A stretch of DNA of 64,000 bases from Thermoplasmata archaeon (GTDB taxonomy: Archaea; Thermoplasmatota; DTKX01; DATEUP01): positions 67,507 through 131,506 of the forward strand of contig JBGQKI010000001.1 of the NCBI GenBank assembly GCA_041499475.1, read 5' to 3'. The position numbers and the translations under genes were made by a program. Positions within the stretch are counted from its first letter, which is position 1. Every line of letters begins with the position of its first letter. The notes beneath the pieces are model-generated. The model saw nothing but the letters and a program-made list of their open reading frames with translations, made no database searches and was not told the origin of the DNA. Below, piece by piece: positions 28,214-39,362 of the stretch.

Positions 28214-28531
28214 GTGCCCGGAAGAAGCGCCGCGCGCAAGCGCGTGACCGTTACCCCCGAGCACCTGGAGCGTTACCTCGCGCTCACGGGGCGGGCCCTC
28301 AAGACCGTCAAGGTCGCGCCGCCCGCGCGCTCGCACCACAGGCGGCTCGCCGAGGACTTCCTGGGGATGGCCAAGGCCTACGAGGCCGACGCGCGCCACT
28401 TCCGTGACAAGGGGGACTTCGTCAACGCGCTCTCGTGCATCAACTACGCCCACGGGTGGCTCGATGCTGGCGCAAGGCTCGGCCTCTTCGATGTCGGCGG
28501 GGACGACCAGCTCTTCACGCTGGCCGATTAG
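28214..28531 (+). CDS. DUF357-family protein
   Basis: ...AEDFLGMAKAYEADARHFRDKGDFVNALSCINYAHGWLDAGARLGLFDV matches the DUF357 signature (Y-x-x-G-W-L-D-A). The GTG at 28214 is preceded by GAGG. The track start at 28184 overlaps the herA-like stop. Confidence 0.65.
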   Translation: MPGRSAARKRVTVTPEHLERYLALTGRALKTVKVAPPARSHHRRLAEDFLGMAKAYEADARHFRDKGDFVNALSCINYAHGWLDAGARLGLFDVGGDDQLFTLAD

Positions 28532-28534
28532 TCG

Positions 28535-28981
28535 CTACTTCGAGGCCACCGTCGCGCGCCGCAGCGCGTACCCGAGCGGGCACGGGATGACCTCGCCAAC
28601 ATGCAGCACCTTGTACGAATGGCCGATCCGCAGCGGCGCGCCCACGCAGTCCCCCCAGAATTGGCAGCCCCGATATTCGCACGAGCGCTCCGGGTAGAGC
28701 AAGGACTCCCCTTCGACCGTCCCTCGCGAGGGCAGGATCACCTCGTGCTGCGCGCGCTCGACCTCGACGACGCGCACGCGCCCCGACTCGTGGAGGAAGC
28801 ACGGGTGGTCCTTGTCGCGCACCGCGACGACTTCGTAGGACTCGCCGGGCTCAAGGGCAAAGCAGGTGCCCTTTAGCCGGCACGGCGTACACAAAGCCTC
28901 GGGGCCCTCGTTCGGGCCCTCGAAGCGAAACCTTTCCCCAACTTTGGCTTGCAGTTCTCCCAGAAGTGTGATCGTTGCCAT
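28535..28981 (-). CDS. UPF0179-family protein (Cys-rich, archaea-specific)
   Basis: MATITLLGELQAKVGERFRFEGP...CTPCRLKGTCFALEPGESYEVVAVRDKDHPCFLHE...VVEV. GGGAGGCGG SD 8 nt upstream. Confidence 0.7.
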   Translation of the reverse strand: MATITLLGELQAKVGERFRFEGPNEGPEALCTPCRLKGTCFALEPGESYEVVAVRDKDHPCFLHESGRVRVVEVERAQHEVILPSRGTVEGESLLYPERSCEYRGCQFWGDCVGAPLRIGHSYKVLHVGEVIPCPLGYALRRATVASK

Positions 28982-29008
28982 GGTTTGCCGCCTCCCGTCT
29001 TGCTAGGT

Positions 29009-30100
29009 TCACGCCGAGACCCCCGTCAATTCCATGAGGCGCTCGGCCGCCTCCGCCGTTATGCCCTGGTCGCCGAGGATCGTGTAGCGGTCGGGACGGA
29101 TCCGGTGGGCCGTCGTGAGCGCCTCGACCATCTGCTCTTTGGTGATGCCAAGCTGGCGGATCGTGACGGGGGCACCCACCTTCTCGAGCGCCGTGCGGAT
29201 CTTCTTCCACTCCCCGCCGTGGAGCGCCATCATCATGATTGTGCCCACGCCGCACTGCTCGCCGTGGAGCGCTTTGCCGGGCGCGATGGCATCGAGCGCG
29301 TGGGAGATCAGGTGCTCCGAGCCCGACGCCGGCCTCGACGAGCCGGCGATGGCCATCGACACGCCCGAGACGATGATGGGGCGCACGATCATCCATGCGC
29401 TCTCTTCGAGGTTGCGCTTGAGGAACTCCGACTCGCCGATGATGGCGTCGGCGCTCATCTCGGAGATCGTCGCGGCCGACGAGGAGAATTCCTCGTTGCG
29501 AAGGCGGTGCGCGAGGCGCCAGTCGAGGATGGCCGTCTTGTTGGAGATCACGTCCGCGCAGCCGGCGGCGAGGAACCGCCAGGGCGACTTGATGAGCACG
29601 GCGGTGTCCGCGAGCACCCCGAGCGGCACCTGCGCGTCGAACGACTTGATCTTGCCATCCACCTTGATCGTCGCGCGCGGGGAGGCGACTCCGTCGTGGG
29701 CGCAGCTCGTGGGGATGGAGATGAATGGGATGGAGAGGTCGCTTGCCGCGAGCTTGGCGATGTCGATCTTCGTGCCCCCGCCAACGCCCACGAGGAAGGT
29801 CGCCTTCGACTCGCCCGCGATCTCCTTCACATCGGCAACGCTCTGGGCGGTGGCGTCGCCCGCTTCGTAGGTCTGCAGGTCGTAGCCGGCGTCGGAGAGG
29901 GACTGCGCGACCGCGTCGCCTGCAAGGGGGCGGGTGTGCGGGCCCCAGACGATCACGCCCGTCCCTTTGAGGCCGAAGTCGCGCGCCATCTGCGCCACCT
30001 GGGGGAGCACGCCGTGGCCCGCGACAATCTCGCGCGGCAGCTGCATCCCTCGGGTCTTCTTGAAGGACGGGTTCACGCCGCGCCATCTGGACGAGGACAC
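29009..30100 (-). CDS. egsA: NAD(P)-dependent glycerol-1-phosphate dehydrogenase
   Basis: LPREIVAGHGVL..., VGVGGGTKIDIAKLAA, PTSCAHDGVASP, SGSEHLISHALD. This is the archaeal lipid-backbone enzyme family. GTG at 30100; the internal ATG at 30046 (MQLPREIV) is an alternative start. Confidence 0.88.
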   Translation of the reverse strand: MSSSRWRGVNPSFKKTRGMQLPREIVAGHGVLPQVAQMARDFGLKGTGVIVWGPHTRPLAGDAVAQSLSDAGYDLQTYEAGDATAQSVADVKEIAGESKATFLVGVGGGTKIDIAKLAASDLSIPFISIPTSCAHDGVASPRATIKVDGKIKSFDAQVPLGVLADTAVLIKSPWRFLAAGCADVISNKTAILDWRLAHRLRNEEFSSSAATISEMSADAIIGESEFLKRNLEESAWMIVRPIIVSGVSMAIAGSSRPASGSEHLISHALDAIAPGKALHGEQCGVGTIMMMALHGGEWKKIRTALEKVGAPVTIRQLGITKEQMVEALTTAHRIRPDRYTILGDQGITAEAAERLMELTGVSA

Positions 30101-30195
30101 TTTACCCTTTCGGACGGCAGGCGACGGTGAAGCACGAGGGCTCCCGGCGAAAGGATTAACGTGGGGTACCCGGCTCCTCGCAGCGGGCGCGGGCT

Positions 30196-31884
30196 GTGAG
30201 CGGACCGAACGGCGATGCCCCTCAGTCCGCGGGCGACAAACCGCCGCCGAAGATTTTTGCCGTTCGCGCGACGGAAGGCTTCGAGCAAGAAGTCGCCGAG
30301 GGAATTCGGGAGCGCGCGGCCAAGGAACGGGTCGAGGTCCGCAGCGTGGTGGTGCCGGCCGAGCCCTCGGGCACGGTCTTCGTGGAGGCCGACGACCTCA
30401 ACCGGCTCAGCAACCTCGTGGCCGTCGTAAAGCACGCGCGCGGTGTCGCGCCGGAAGCCGCCGCCTCCATGGCCTCGATCGGCGGCCCGTTTGGCGCAGG
30501 CGGCGCGGAGGGCGTTGCAAGACAGGCAGCGGCGGCGAGGCCTGCACCCGCCAAGGTTGTCGAGGCGGAGGCGGAAACACAGGGGCCCAAGAATGGGGCG
30601 GCGCCCAGGGCCGGCCGAGACGGAGCAGCGGCGGCCGATGCCGAGGAGGGCGGGGCGCGCAAGCCGCTTGGCGCCGAGCTGCCCCCCGTAAGCGAGCGCA
30701 CCGGTCGGCTCCTCAACGTCGCGATGCTCCTGCCCGTGGCGATCGTCGCCGTCGGGCTGCTCGTCGCGCCCCGGATTTTCTGGGACGGGTTCCTCTACCC
30801 ATACTTCTGGCGCTCGATCGAAGCCGACGCCAACAATGTGGGCGGTCCGGCCGAGGCTTACAATGTCGTGGACACCCTGTCGTATGCGCTCATCCTCGTC
30901 CCTGCGGTCATTCTGATTTACCGCGTGCTCGAACGGCTCAAGATCAAAGTCGACGCCCGCTTCCTCCTCATGCTGACGCCTTTCCTCATCCTTGGCGGCG
31001 CGGCGCGCGCCCTCGAGGACGCCCAGTACTTCGGCAAGCCCCTCACTTTCGCGTTCATCTCGCCGATCATCTACGTCGCCGAGGGCCTGCTTGTTGTCCT
31101 GCTTGTTGTCTCGTCGTGGTGGGTGGTGCGCGAGCAAAAGGACCACGGGCCGGCCAGGGGCGCGCTCGCCTGGAGCGCCGCCTTTGCGCCGGGCGCCGCC
31201 ACGCTCCTCTACTTCCAAGCCGTCGACACGCGCTTTGTTGCCGCGCCGATCCCCCTGCCGATCCTCCTCAGCGCACTGGCCTGCGCGTACCTTGCGGGCC
31301 TCGTGCTCGTCAGCCGCGCGAAGGCCGGCGAGGTGCACGGCTTCGTCCTCATCGCCGGCTTGCTGCTCCTTGCGCTCACGGCCTACCTCATCGCGCGCTG
31401 GACCGCCCTCGGGGGCTGGTGGCCCCTGCCTGCTTCACCGGTCGCCACCCGTGCCGGCGAAGTGGGCGCCATCGTGGGGCTCGCCACACTTGCGACCGCG
31501 CTTACCCTCGCCGGGATCTACTTCGCGTCGTGGCGCTTCGAGCGCCTCGCCCTCTTGCTCACGCCGATCAACGTCCTCGTCTTCTTTGGCCAGTTCCTCG
31601 ACGGCGCGGCGACGTTTTGGGGCATCGACATGTTCCACTATGAAGAAAAACACGTCCTGCCCGGCTTCCTCATCCAGCACACGGGCACCGCCGCGGTGAT
31701 GTTCCCCCTCAAGCTGGGGTTCGTCTTGGTCGTCCTGCTCGTGACGGATGTGGTTTACCGCAACGACCTCTACGATGAGGAGGGGCACATGAGTTCGTTC
31801 GCAGGCCTGCTCAAACTCACCGTGGCCGCGCTCGGCATGGGCCCGGGCACGCGCGACATGCTGCGTCTAGCTATGGGCGTCTGA
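30196..31884 (+). CDS. fusion protein: Spt5/NusG NGN-like domain + low-complexity linker + DUF63 polytopic membrane domain
   Basis: Residues about 17-85 (KIFAVRATEGFEQEVAEGIRERAAKERVEVRSVVVPAEPSGTVFVEADDLNRLSNLVAVVKHARGV) align ungapped with the Spt5 NGN at 10165-10803. An A/G/P-rich linker follows. The body has multiple TM helices with DUF63-like FHYEEKHVLPGF and a C-terminal GPGTRDMLRL. Confidence 0.8.
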   Translation: MSGPNGDAPQSAGDKPPPKIFAVRATEGFEQEVAEGIRERAAKERVEVRSVVVPAEPSGTVFVEADDLNRLSNLVAVVKHARGVAPEAAASMASIGGPFGAGGAEGVARQAAAARPAPAKVVEAEAETQGPKNGAAPRAGRDGAAAADAEEGGARKPLGAELPPVSERTGRLLNVAMLLPVAIVAVGLLVAPRIFWDGFLYPYFWRSIEADANNVGGPAEAYNVVDTLSYALILVPAVILIYRVLERLKIKVDARFLLMLTPFLILGGAARALEDAQYFGKPLTFAFISPIIYVAEGLLVVLLVVSSWWVVREQKDHGPARGALAWSAAFAPGAATLLYFQAVDTRFVAAPIPLPILLSALACAYLAGLVLVSRAKAGEVHGFVLIAGLLLLALTAYLIARWTALGGWWPLPASPVATRAGEVGAIVGLATLATALTLAGIYFASWRFERLALLLTPINVLVFFGQFLDGAATFWGIDMFHYEEKHVLPGFLIQHTGTAAVMFPLKLGFVLVVLLVTDVVYRNDLYDEEGHMSSFAGLLKLTVAALGMGPGTRDMLRLAMGV

Positions 31885-32824
31885 GCCTGCGTGCCCAGAC
31901 TGCGGCGACCGCGGCAATGCCCGTTGCGCCAACCGCTGCTGCGCCTTCAAACCCAGGGAGGAAGCCTTTTCCGGAGGGCGTTACGGCGGGGGGCGGCCCG
32001 GTGCTCGTGCCCTGGTCGGGCGGAGTCGCCGAGAAGTGTTTCAAGGCCGAGGCGGCGACCGTCAGCCCCTTTGCGGCCGCGCCCGTCGAGAGCGCGACGA
32101 TTGAGAGGGTGAAGTTCCCCTCGGTGACGCTCGTAGGGACGCTCACGTTGCCGTTCACGTTCGCCGTAACTTTCGCCGCAACGGAAACCGGCGAAGGCAG
32201 GTACACGCTAATCCCGCGGGACTGGAGCTCGGCGAGGTTGTCAAGGTGCAGCTCGAAGGAGTCGCGCCCGTTGCCGAGGTTCTGCAGGCGGAAGGCAAAT
32301 GGCGTGTCTTTGCCGGCCTGCGCCGTGAAGTTCTCGTTGCTCGTCGAGGTGCGCGGGGTGATATCGAGTCCGAAATACTGCAAGACGGGCAGCGCCGTCT
32401 CTCCCCAGAACAGTTTTCCAAATCCCGGCGGGACCGAGACGTTTGCCTGCACGGAGATCACCGCGTTTGCGTCGACCGCGGAGCGACCCGGAACGGAAAC
32501 GCTCACCGTGAAAGGCACATCGCCCGAGCCATTGAGCGACGAGGTCATCGGGCTGATGGTGGCGGGCCAATAGGAGTTGTTGATCGTCACATTGAGGTAG
32601 ATGTGGGTGCCGACCGTGGCCCACGAGGGCAGGGTCACGTTGACCGTGCCGTTTGCAACGACCGCGGTCTCGTTGTCCTTGTCAACGTCGACGGCGGCGA
32701 CCGGGTTGACGGTGACGCGTACCTGGGGGACTACGGGCGGGGAGGGCGCCGCCCCCGCGACCGGTACTGCGGCGGTGGCTCCGAGCAGGAGCACCACAGC
32801 CAGGCCGACGAGTTTGGCCTTCAT
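31871..32824 (-). CDS. secreted cell-surface (S-layer/CARDB-like) glycoprotein with PGF-CTERM sorting signal
   Basis: Signal peptide MKAKLVGLAVVLLLGATAAVPVAGA. C-terminus GKGFLPGFEGAAAVGATGIAAVAAVWARRLRRP (PGF motif + TM + basic tail). Many sequons. Confidence 0.8.
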   Translation of the reverse strand: MKAKLVGLAVVLLLGATAAVPVAGAAPSPPVVPQVRVTVNPVAAVDVDKDNETAVVANGTVNVTLPSWATVGTHIYLNVTINNSYWPATISPMTSSLNGSGDVPFTVSVSVPGRSAVDANAVISVQANVSVPPGFGKLFWGETALPVLQYFGLDITPRTSTSNENFTAQAGKDTPFAFRLQNLGNGRDSFELHLDNLAELQSRGISVYLPSPVSVAAKVTANVNGNVSVPTSVTEGNFTLSIVALSTGAAAKGLTVAASALKHFSATPPDQGTSTGPPPAVTPSGKGFLPGFEGAAAVGATGIAAVAAVWARRLRRP

Positions 32825-32848
32825 GGGTTGGGGAGCCCGCGCGGCGCC

Positions 32849-32856
32849 TTAAATAG
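32849..32856 (-). promoter_or_regulatory. TATA-box candidate for the PGF-CTERM protein gene (near-leaderless)
   Basis: CCTTAAATAGG, centred about 28 nt from the ATG at 32824. Confidence 0.45.
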
Positions 32857-32914
32857 GTATTCCGGTCGGTCAAGGAACGGTGGGCCGTGCTGGATGGAGA
32901 GAGTGAGCGACGTG

Positions 32915-32922
32915 TTAAATAG
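32915..32922 (+). promoter_or_regulatory. TATA-box candidate for grpE-dnaK-dnaJ
   Basis: TGTTAAATAGC, about 40 nt upstream of the grpE ATG at 32959. Confidence 0.45.
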
Positions 32923-32958
32923 CGGGCAAGCCCATACAAACCCACTGGTATACAACTA

Positions 32959-33609
32959 ATGGTTACCTTGTGGGGATCTGGCGAGTTGGCAGGAGGAAGC
33001 GTTCCGGGCAAAGATGGCGCGGCCGAAGCGGCGGCGCAGCCGTCCGTGGAACCCCAACCGCCCGCCGGCCCGGGTCCCGATTACAAGGACCTCTTCCTGC
33101 GGGCGGCCGCCGAACTCGAGAACTACCGCAAGCGCGTCGAGCGGGAGCGCCAATCGCTCCTCATGTCGGCCTCCGAGGGCGTGGTGCGCCGGCTCCTCGA
33201 GCCCTACGACTCTTTTGGCCGCGCCATCGCCGACCTCGTGCGCGTGCAGGCCGAAGCGCCGCGCGAGCTAAAGGCGGCCCTCAACCGGACCCTCGAGGGG
33301 CTCCGCGCACTCCAGCGACAATTCGCCGAGCTGCTTGCGGCCGAAGGCGTCGAGACGATCGATGCGCAGGGCGCCGAATTCGACCCGGCCTACCACGAAG
33401 CGCTCGTGCGCGTGCCGCACGCGACCGCGCCCTCAGGCACCGTGGTCGAAGTGCTCCAGCCGGGCTACACGCAGCGCGGCCGGTTGCTTCGCCCGGCAAG
33501 GGTCGCCATTTCGGCGGGCCCTGGAGAACCCGCGCCTGCGGCGTCCGCCGACCCTAACTTTTCTAGCCCAACCCCGAAAGGGGCCGGCCAGAATCATTCG
33601 AAACCATAG
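32959..33609 (+). CDS. grpE: nucleotide exchange factor GrpE
   Basis: [25 protein letters not shown]..., [36 protein letters not shown]. Confidence 0.92.
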   Translation: MVTLWGSGELAGGSVPGKDGAAEAAAQPSVEPQPPAGPGPDYKDLFLRAAAELENYRKRVERERQSLLMSASEGVVRRLLEPYDSFGRAIADLVRVQAEAPRELKAALNRTLEGLRALQRQFAELLAAEGVETIDAQGAEFDPAYHEALVRVPHATAPSGTVVEVLQPGYTQRGRLLRPARVAISAGPGEPAPAASADPNFSSPTPKGAGQNHSKP

Positions 33610-33623
33610 AAGGAGGAACAACA

Positions 33624-35498
<1,875 letters not shown>

Positions 35499-35597
35499 GT
35501 TTGCCAAGCGCGCGGGGCTACCGCCCGTGAGCGCGCGGAGCGCACGCTGAAATAGGCGGCGCTTGGATCGGCCACGTCCTCGAGGAGGCGGTCACCG

Positions 35598-36767
35598 GTG
35601 GCGCAGAAGCGGGACTACTACGAGGTCCTCGGGGTGGCTCGAGGCGCTAGCCCCGAGGAGGTCAAGAAGGCCTTCCGCAGGCTTGCAAAAGAGCACCACC
35701 CGGACATGCACAAGGAGAACAAGAAGGCCGCGGAGGAGCGCTTCAAGGAGGTCTCCGAGGCCTATGAGGTGCTCGCCGACCCCGAGAAGCGCCGGCGCTA
35801 CGACGCGAGCGGCTTCCAGGGGGTGGCCACCGACTTCGGGGGCGAAGGGTTCCGTTGGGAGAACTTCTCGCATCAAGCCGACGTCGCCGACATCTTCGGT
35901 GACATCTTCGGCCGCGGCGGCACCTCGTTTGGCGGTTCGATCTTCGACGACATGTTCGGCGCAGCGCGCGGCGGCCCCGGCCGCGCAGGTCCCCGCCAAG
36001 GCGACCACCTGCAGGTCGTCGTGCCAATCACGCTCCAGGAGGCCGCGACCGGCGTCGAGCGCGAGATCACGCTGCGCCGCCAGGAGCCCTGCGAGTCTTG
36101 CGGCGGCACGGGCGCAAAGCGCGGGACGAAGCCCGAGACCTGCCCGAATTGCCAGGGCACGGGGCAGCTGCGACAGGTCCAGCAGCGCGGCGTGGCGCGG
36201 ATGATCACCGTCGCCGGCTGCGGGCGCTGTGGCGGGGTCGGGGAGATTGTGAAGGAAAAGTGCCCCGCCTGCGGCGGGGAAGGGACGCGCGAGCACCGCC
36301 CGAAGATCAAAGTCAAGATCCCCTCCGGTGTGGACGACGGCGTGCGCCTTCGCATCCCGGAGGAGGGCGAGGCGGGGATGAACGGCGGCCCCCGCGGCAA
36401 CCTCTACGTAGTCGTGGAGGTGGTCCCCGACGGCCGGTTTCGCCGCGAAGGCGACGACCTCCACGTCGACGCGCTCGTGCCCTTCCCGGTCGCGGCGCTG
36501 GGGGGCGAGGTCGAGGTGCCCACGGTCACCGGCGAGACCGCCCGGGTAAAGGTGCCCCGCGGCGCGCCCTCCAACACGATGCTCCGTCTGCCCGGCCTTG
36601 GCATGCCGAGGATGGGCAGCGCCTCGCGCGGGGACATGATGGTGCGCGTGGTGGTGGAGGTGCCCAAGGACATCTCGAAGGAAGAGGAGGAGCTGTTGCG
36701 CCGCCTTGCCGAGCACCGGGGCATGAACGTGGGCGGCAAGCGCGGCGTGTTCACAAAGTTCCGGTGA
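35598..36767 (+). CDS. dnaJ: co-chaperone DnaJ (Hsp40)
   Basis: J domain [31 protein letters not shown]. Four CxxCxGxG zinc motifs ([32 protein letters not shown]). GAGGAGG SD upstream of the GTG. Confidence 0.97.
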   Translation: MAQKRDYYEVLGVARGASPEEVKKAFRRLAKEHHPDMHKENKKAAEERFKEVSEAYEVLADPEKRRRYDASGFQGVATDFGGEGFRWENFSHQADVADIFGDIFGRGGTSFGGSIFDDMFGAARGGPGRAGPRQGDHLQVVVPITLQEAATGVEREITLRRQEPCESCGGTGAKRGTKPETCPNCQGTGQLRQVQQRGVARMITVAGCGRCGGVGEIVKEKCPACGGEGTREHRPKIKVKIPSGVDDGVRLRIPEEGEAGMNGGPRGNLYVVVEVVPDGRFRREGDDLHVDALVPFPVAALGGEVEVPTVTGETARVKVPRGAPSNTMLRLPGLGMPRMGSASRGDMMVRVVVEVPKDISKEEEELLRRLAEHRGMNVGGKRGVFTKFR

Positions 36768-36840
36768 GCCACGGGCGCGGCAATCCAAATCGCAGTGCCG
36801 TCGCCCACCTCGCAAAGTATAAGTCGGCCGCGCAGGGGTC

Positions 36841-37782
36841 TTGGACGCCGTGCTCGCTCAACCCGACGCATCCGCCGAGGCGAACATCCTGCTCCTCAGC
36901 GAGAAGAAGGCGCAGTTCAAGCTCGTCCGGCGCGTCGGGTACACGGCGCTTTCGTTCCTCGTGCTCGCGCTCATCTATGTCGCATGGGTGAAGGGCGGCG
37001 GCTCGACCGACCCGCTCTTCATCCCGCTGCCGCAGATCATGTTCGTGATGCTCCTCGGGGCATTCCTGCTCAACCTGACCTCGGTCCTCTTTGGCGTGTT
37101 CGAGGTGCAGGCGGCCTCGGGCGGCGAGACCCGCTACCTCATCGCGCGCCACGGCTACAGCACGGGGCTTGTGACGGCGGCGTTCGCGGCCTTTTTCCTC
37201 GTGATCATCGCGGCCTTGGGCCCCGTCATCGATGCGCAGATCGACTACGACAACACGCTGGGGCTCGGCGTGCGATCCCCTGGAAATACGGTGACCGCGC
37301 CTTTCAACGTCACCGCCGACTACACCGGGTCGAGCTACCTGAACTGGGTCGAGGTGAACTCGCGCAACGGGGTCCCCTTCAGCATCTTCGTCTACCAGCA
37401 GCAAGACTACTCGGCGCTTGAAGACACCGCGGCCCAAGCGAACCGGGAGATCGTGAATGCCTCGTATGTGACCCATTTCCGCGTTTCGTTTGTGGATAGG
37501 ACGGTCGAGGTCGATCGAGAGCATCCCGGCAACCTCAGCAAGCCCGATTGGACGCGCGTGAAGGCGGCCTCGCCCGAAGACGACCGGTACATGATCGTGC
37601 TCGAGAACAAGGAGTTGAACCTCGCGGACATCAACTACCACCAGGACCGCCAGCTTGACCCCGCCTTCGTGGGGTCCGTTTACGCGCTGCTCTTCGGCCT
37701 AATCGGGCTCAACATTGCTGCTGCCGTCTACAACCGTTTTGTGCGCCAGAAGTGGCGCGCCTACGGCGAGAAAAACTACTAG
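36841..37782 (+). CDS. hypothetical integral membrane protein (about 4 TM with large extracytoplasmic loop)
   Basis: TM segments YTALSFLVLALIYVAWV, IMFVMLLGAFLLNLTSVLFGVF, LVTAAFAAFFLVIIAALGPVI, VYALLFGLIGLNIAAAVY. No family was recognised. TTG start. Confidence 0.6.
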   Translation: MDAVLAQPDASAEANILLLSEKKAQFKLVRRVGYTALSFLVLALIYVAWVKGGGSTDPLFIPLPQIMFVMLLGAFLLNLTSVLFGVFEVQAASGGETRYLIARHGYSTGLVTAAFAAFFLVIIAALGPVIDAQIDYDNTLGLGVRSPGNTVTAPFNVTADYTGSSYLNWVEVNSRNGVPFSIFVYQQQDYSALEDTAAQANREIVNASYVTHFRVSFVDRTVEVDREHPGNLSKPDWTRVKAASPEDDRYMIVLENKELNLADINYHQDRQLDPAFVGSVYALLFGLIGLNIAAAVYNRFVRQKWRAYGEKNY

Positions 37783-37796
37783 GCCGGCTACGCGCC

Positions 37797-39302
37797 CTAG
37801 AACTGGACGAGGGAGACCTCGCGCGTGCGCAAGTTCACGACCGGCACCCGCGCCGGATCGGGGACGAGGTTCATCATCTTCTGGTATTCGGTCTGCGACT
37901 GCCACGCCGAGTCGTGGACCATCGTGACCGACTTGTAGGGGCGCGCGCCGGTGAGGTGGACGTGCCCCGTCACAAAGATGTCGGGCACCTCATCGATCAC
38001 GAGCCAGTCGCGGTGCTCGGGCGCAAGGGGCGTCTTGTCGCCGTAGATGGGCGCGAGGTGGCGCTTCTTCAGGAGGATCTCCATCATGTCGAGCGGTGCG
38101 CGGTAGCTCATTCCCTGGATATTGGTGACCAGGTCGTCGAAGCTGCGCCCGTGGTAGGCAAGCGTGCGCACCCCGTGCAGCGAGAATTCGGACGGGTTGC
38201 CAAGGAAGGTAATGTTCGAATCGAACGAGCGGCGGGCGCGCGAGGGCAGGGCCGGCTGCGGCTCGGCGGGGCGCACCCCGTCGTGGTTCCCGGGCAGCAT
38301 GATCACCTTGATGTGGTCGGGCAACTCGGCCATGAAGCCCGCAAGCGTGGAGTACTGCTCTTCGAGGTCCGAGATGGCAAGCGCGTGCTCCTGGTTCGGG
38401 AAGACGCCCACACCGTCGACGAGGTCGCCGGAGATGACGAGGTACTTGACGCGTTTTGCAAGCTCGTTGCCTTTGTCGTAGTCGCCCGACAACCACCGGA
38501 GGAACCGCTGCCAGTTCGGCCCGAGGAACGTCTTGGAGCCGACATGGATGTCGGAGATGAACGCGGCCGCCACATCGTCGTCGGCGCGCCGCGAGGGCAC
38601 GCCCGAGGGGACGTCGGGCCGCACGATCTCGTCGACGAACAGGGCCGGGTCTGCGCCGCCCGCCATGTTGCCGATGACGAGGACGACTTCGTCGTTGACG
38701 AGGTCGGCGGGTGCGGCGGCGCGCTTGCCGCACACGCAGCGCACGGACCCGGTCTCGTCCTCGAGGTCGAAGTAGGTGGCGCCGGTCGAGGCCCGGTGCA
38801 CGTCGCCCACCATGCCGATGGCGCGCACGCCGCCCGCCCGAGCCTTGAGGCGCGCGACTTCCTGGGCGCCAGACGCCTCGCGGCGCCCGCGCAGGATCCG
38901 GCGAAGGCGCTTGAGCCTGTCTTGGAAGTAGCGGGTGAAATCGTCGATGCGGCCCTCGCAGGTCGACTCGCCGGTGGGGTCTTTGTGGATTTCGACCTGC
39001 GCGTCGACATCGGCTCCGGGCCGGATGGTCGAGGCGCGTGAGGTCGTGGGGGTTGCCGCCGCCGCGGAGAGGCCCCTTGCCAGGATCTGTTCCACTTCGA
39101 GGAGGGTCAGCGACATGGGGGGATCCGGGAGGCCCTTAAGGTGCACGAGCACCTTGGAGAGCGCGCTTTCGGGGTCGCTCGCGTGTTCGATCGCGTCCAC
39201 CGCATCGGGTTGGGCGAGCACGCCGAGGCGAGCGATCGATTGGACAACTTCAAACCGCACCACGAGTCCCCGCACACGCACACCGAGCCTTGGCAAAAAC
39301 AT
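37797..39302 (-). CDS. polB: DNA polymerase II (PolD) small subunit DP1
   Basis: Calcineurin-like phosphoesterase motifs FISDIHVGS, ISGDLVDG, LPGNHD and VTGHVH, preceded by an OB-fold-like region. About 500 aa, typical of DP1. Confidence 0.9.
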   Translation of the reverse strand: MFLPRLGVRVRGLVVRFEVVQSIARLGVLAQPDAVDAIEHASDPESALSKVLVHLKGLPDPPMSLTLLEVEQILARGLSAAAATPTTSRASTIRPGADVDAQVEIHKDPTGESTCEGRIDDFTRYFQDRLKRLRRILRGRREASGAQEVARLKARAGGVRAIGMVGDVHRASTGATYFDLEDETGSVRCVCGKRAAAPADLVNDEVVLVIGNMAGGADPALFVDEIVRPDVPSGVPSRRADDDVAAAFISDIHVGSKTFLGPNWQRFLRWLSGDYDKGNELAKRVKYLVISGDLVDGVGVFPNQEHALAISDLEEQYSTLAGFMAELPDHIKVIMLPGNHDGVRPAEPQPALPSRARRSFDSNITFLGNPSEFSLHGVRTLAYHGRSFDDLVTNIQGMSYRAPLDMMEILLKKRHLAPIYGDKTPLAPEHRDWLVIDEVPDIFVTGHVHLTGARPYKSVTMVHDSAWQSQTEYQKMMNLVPDPARVPVVNLRTREVSLVQF

Positions 39303-39362
39303 TGCGACCCGAAGGCCCCCAGTTGCAAGGAGCGCGGGCGCGCTCGCGCCGCCCCGCGCGGC

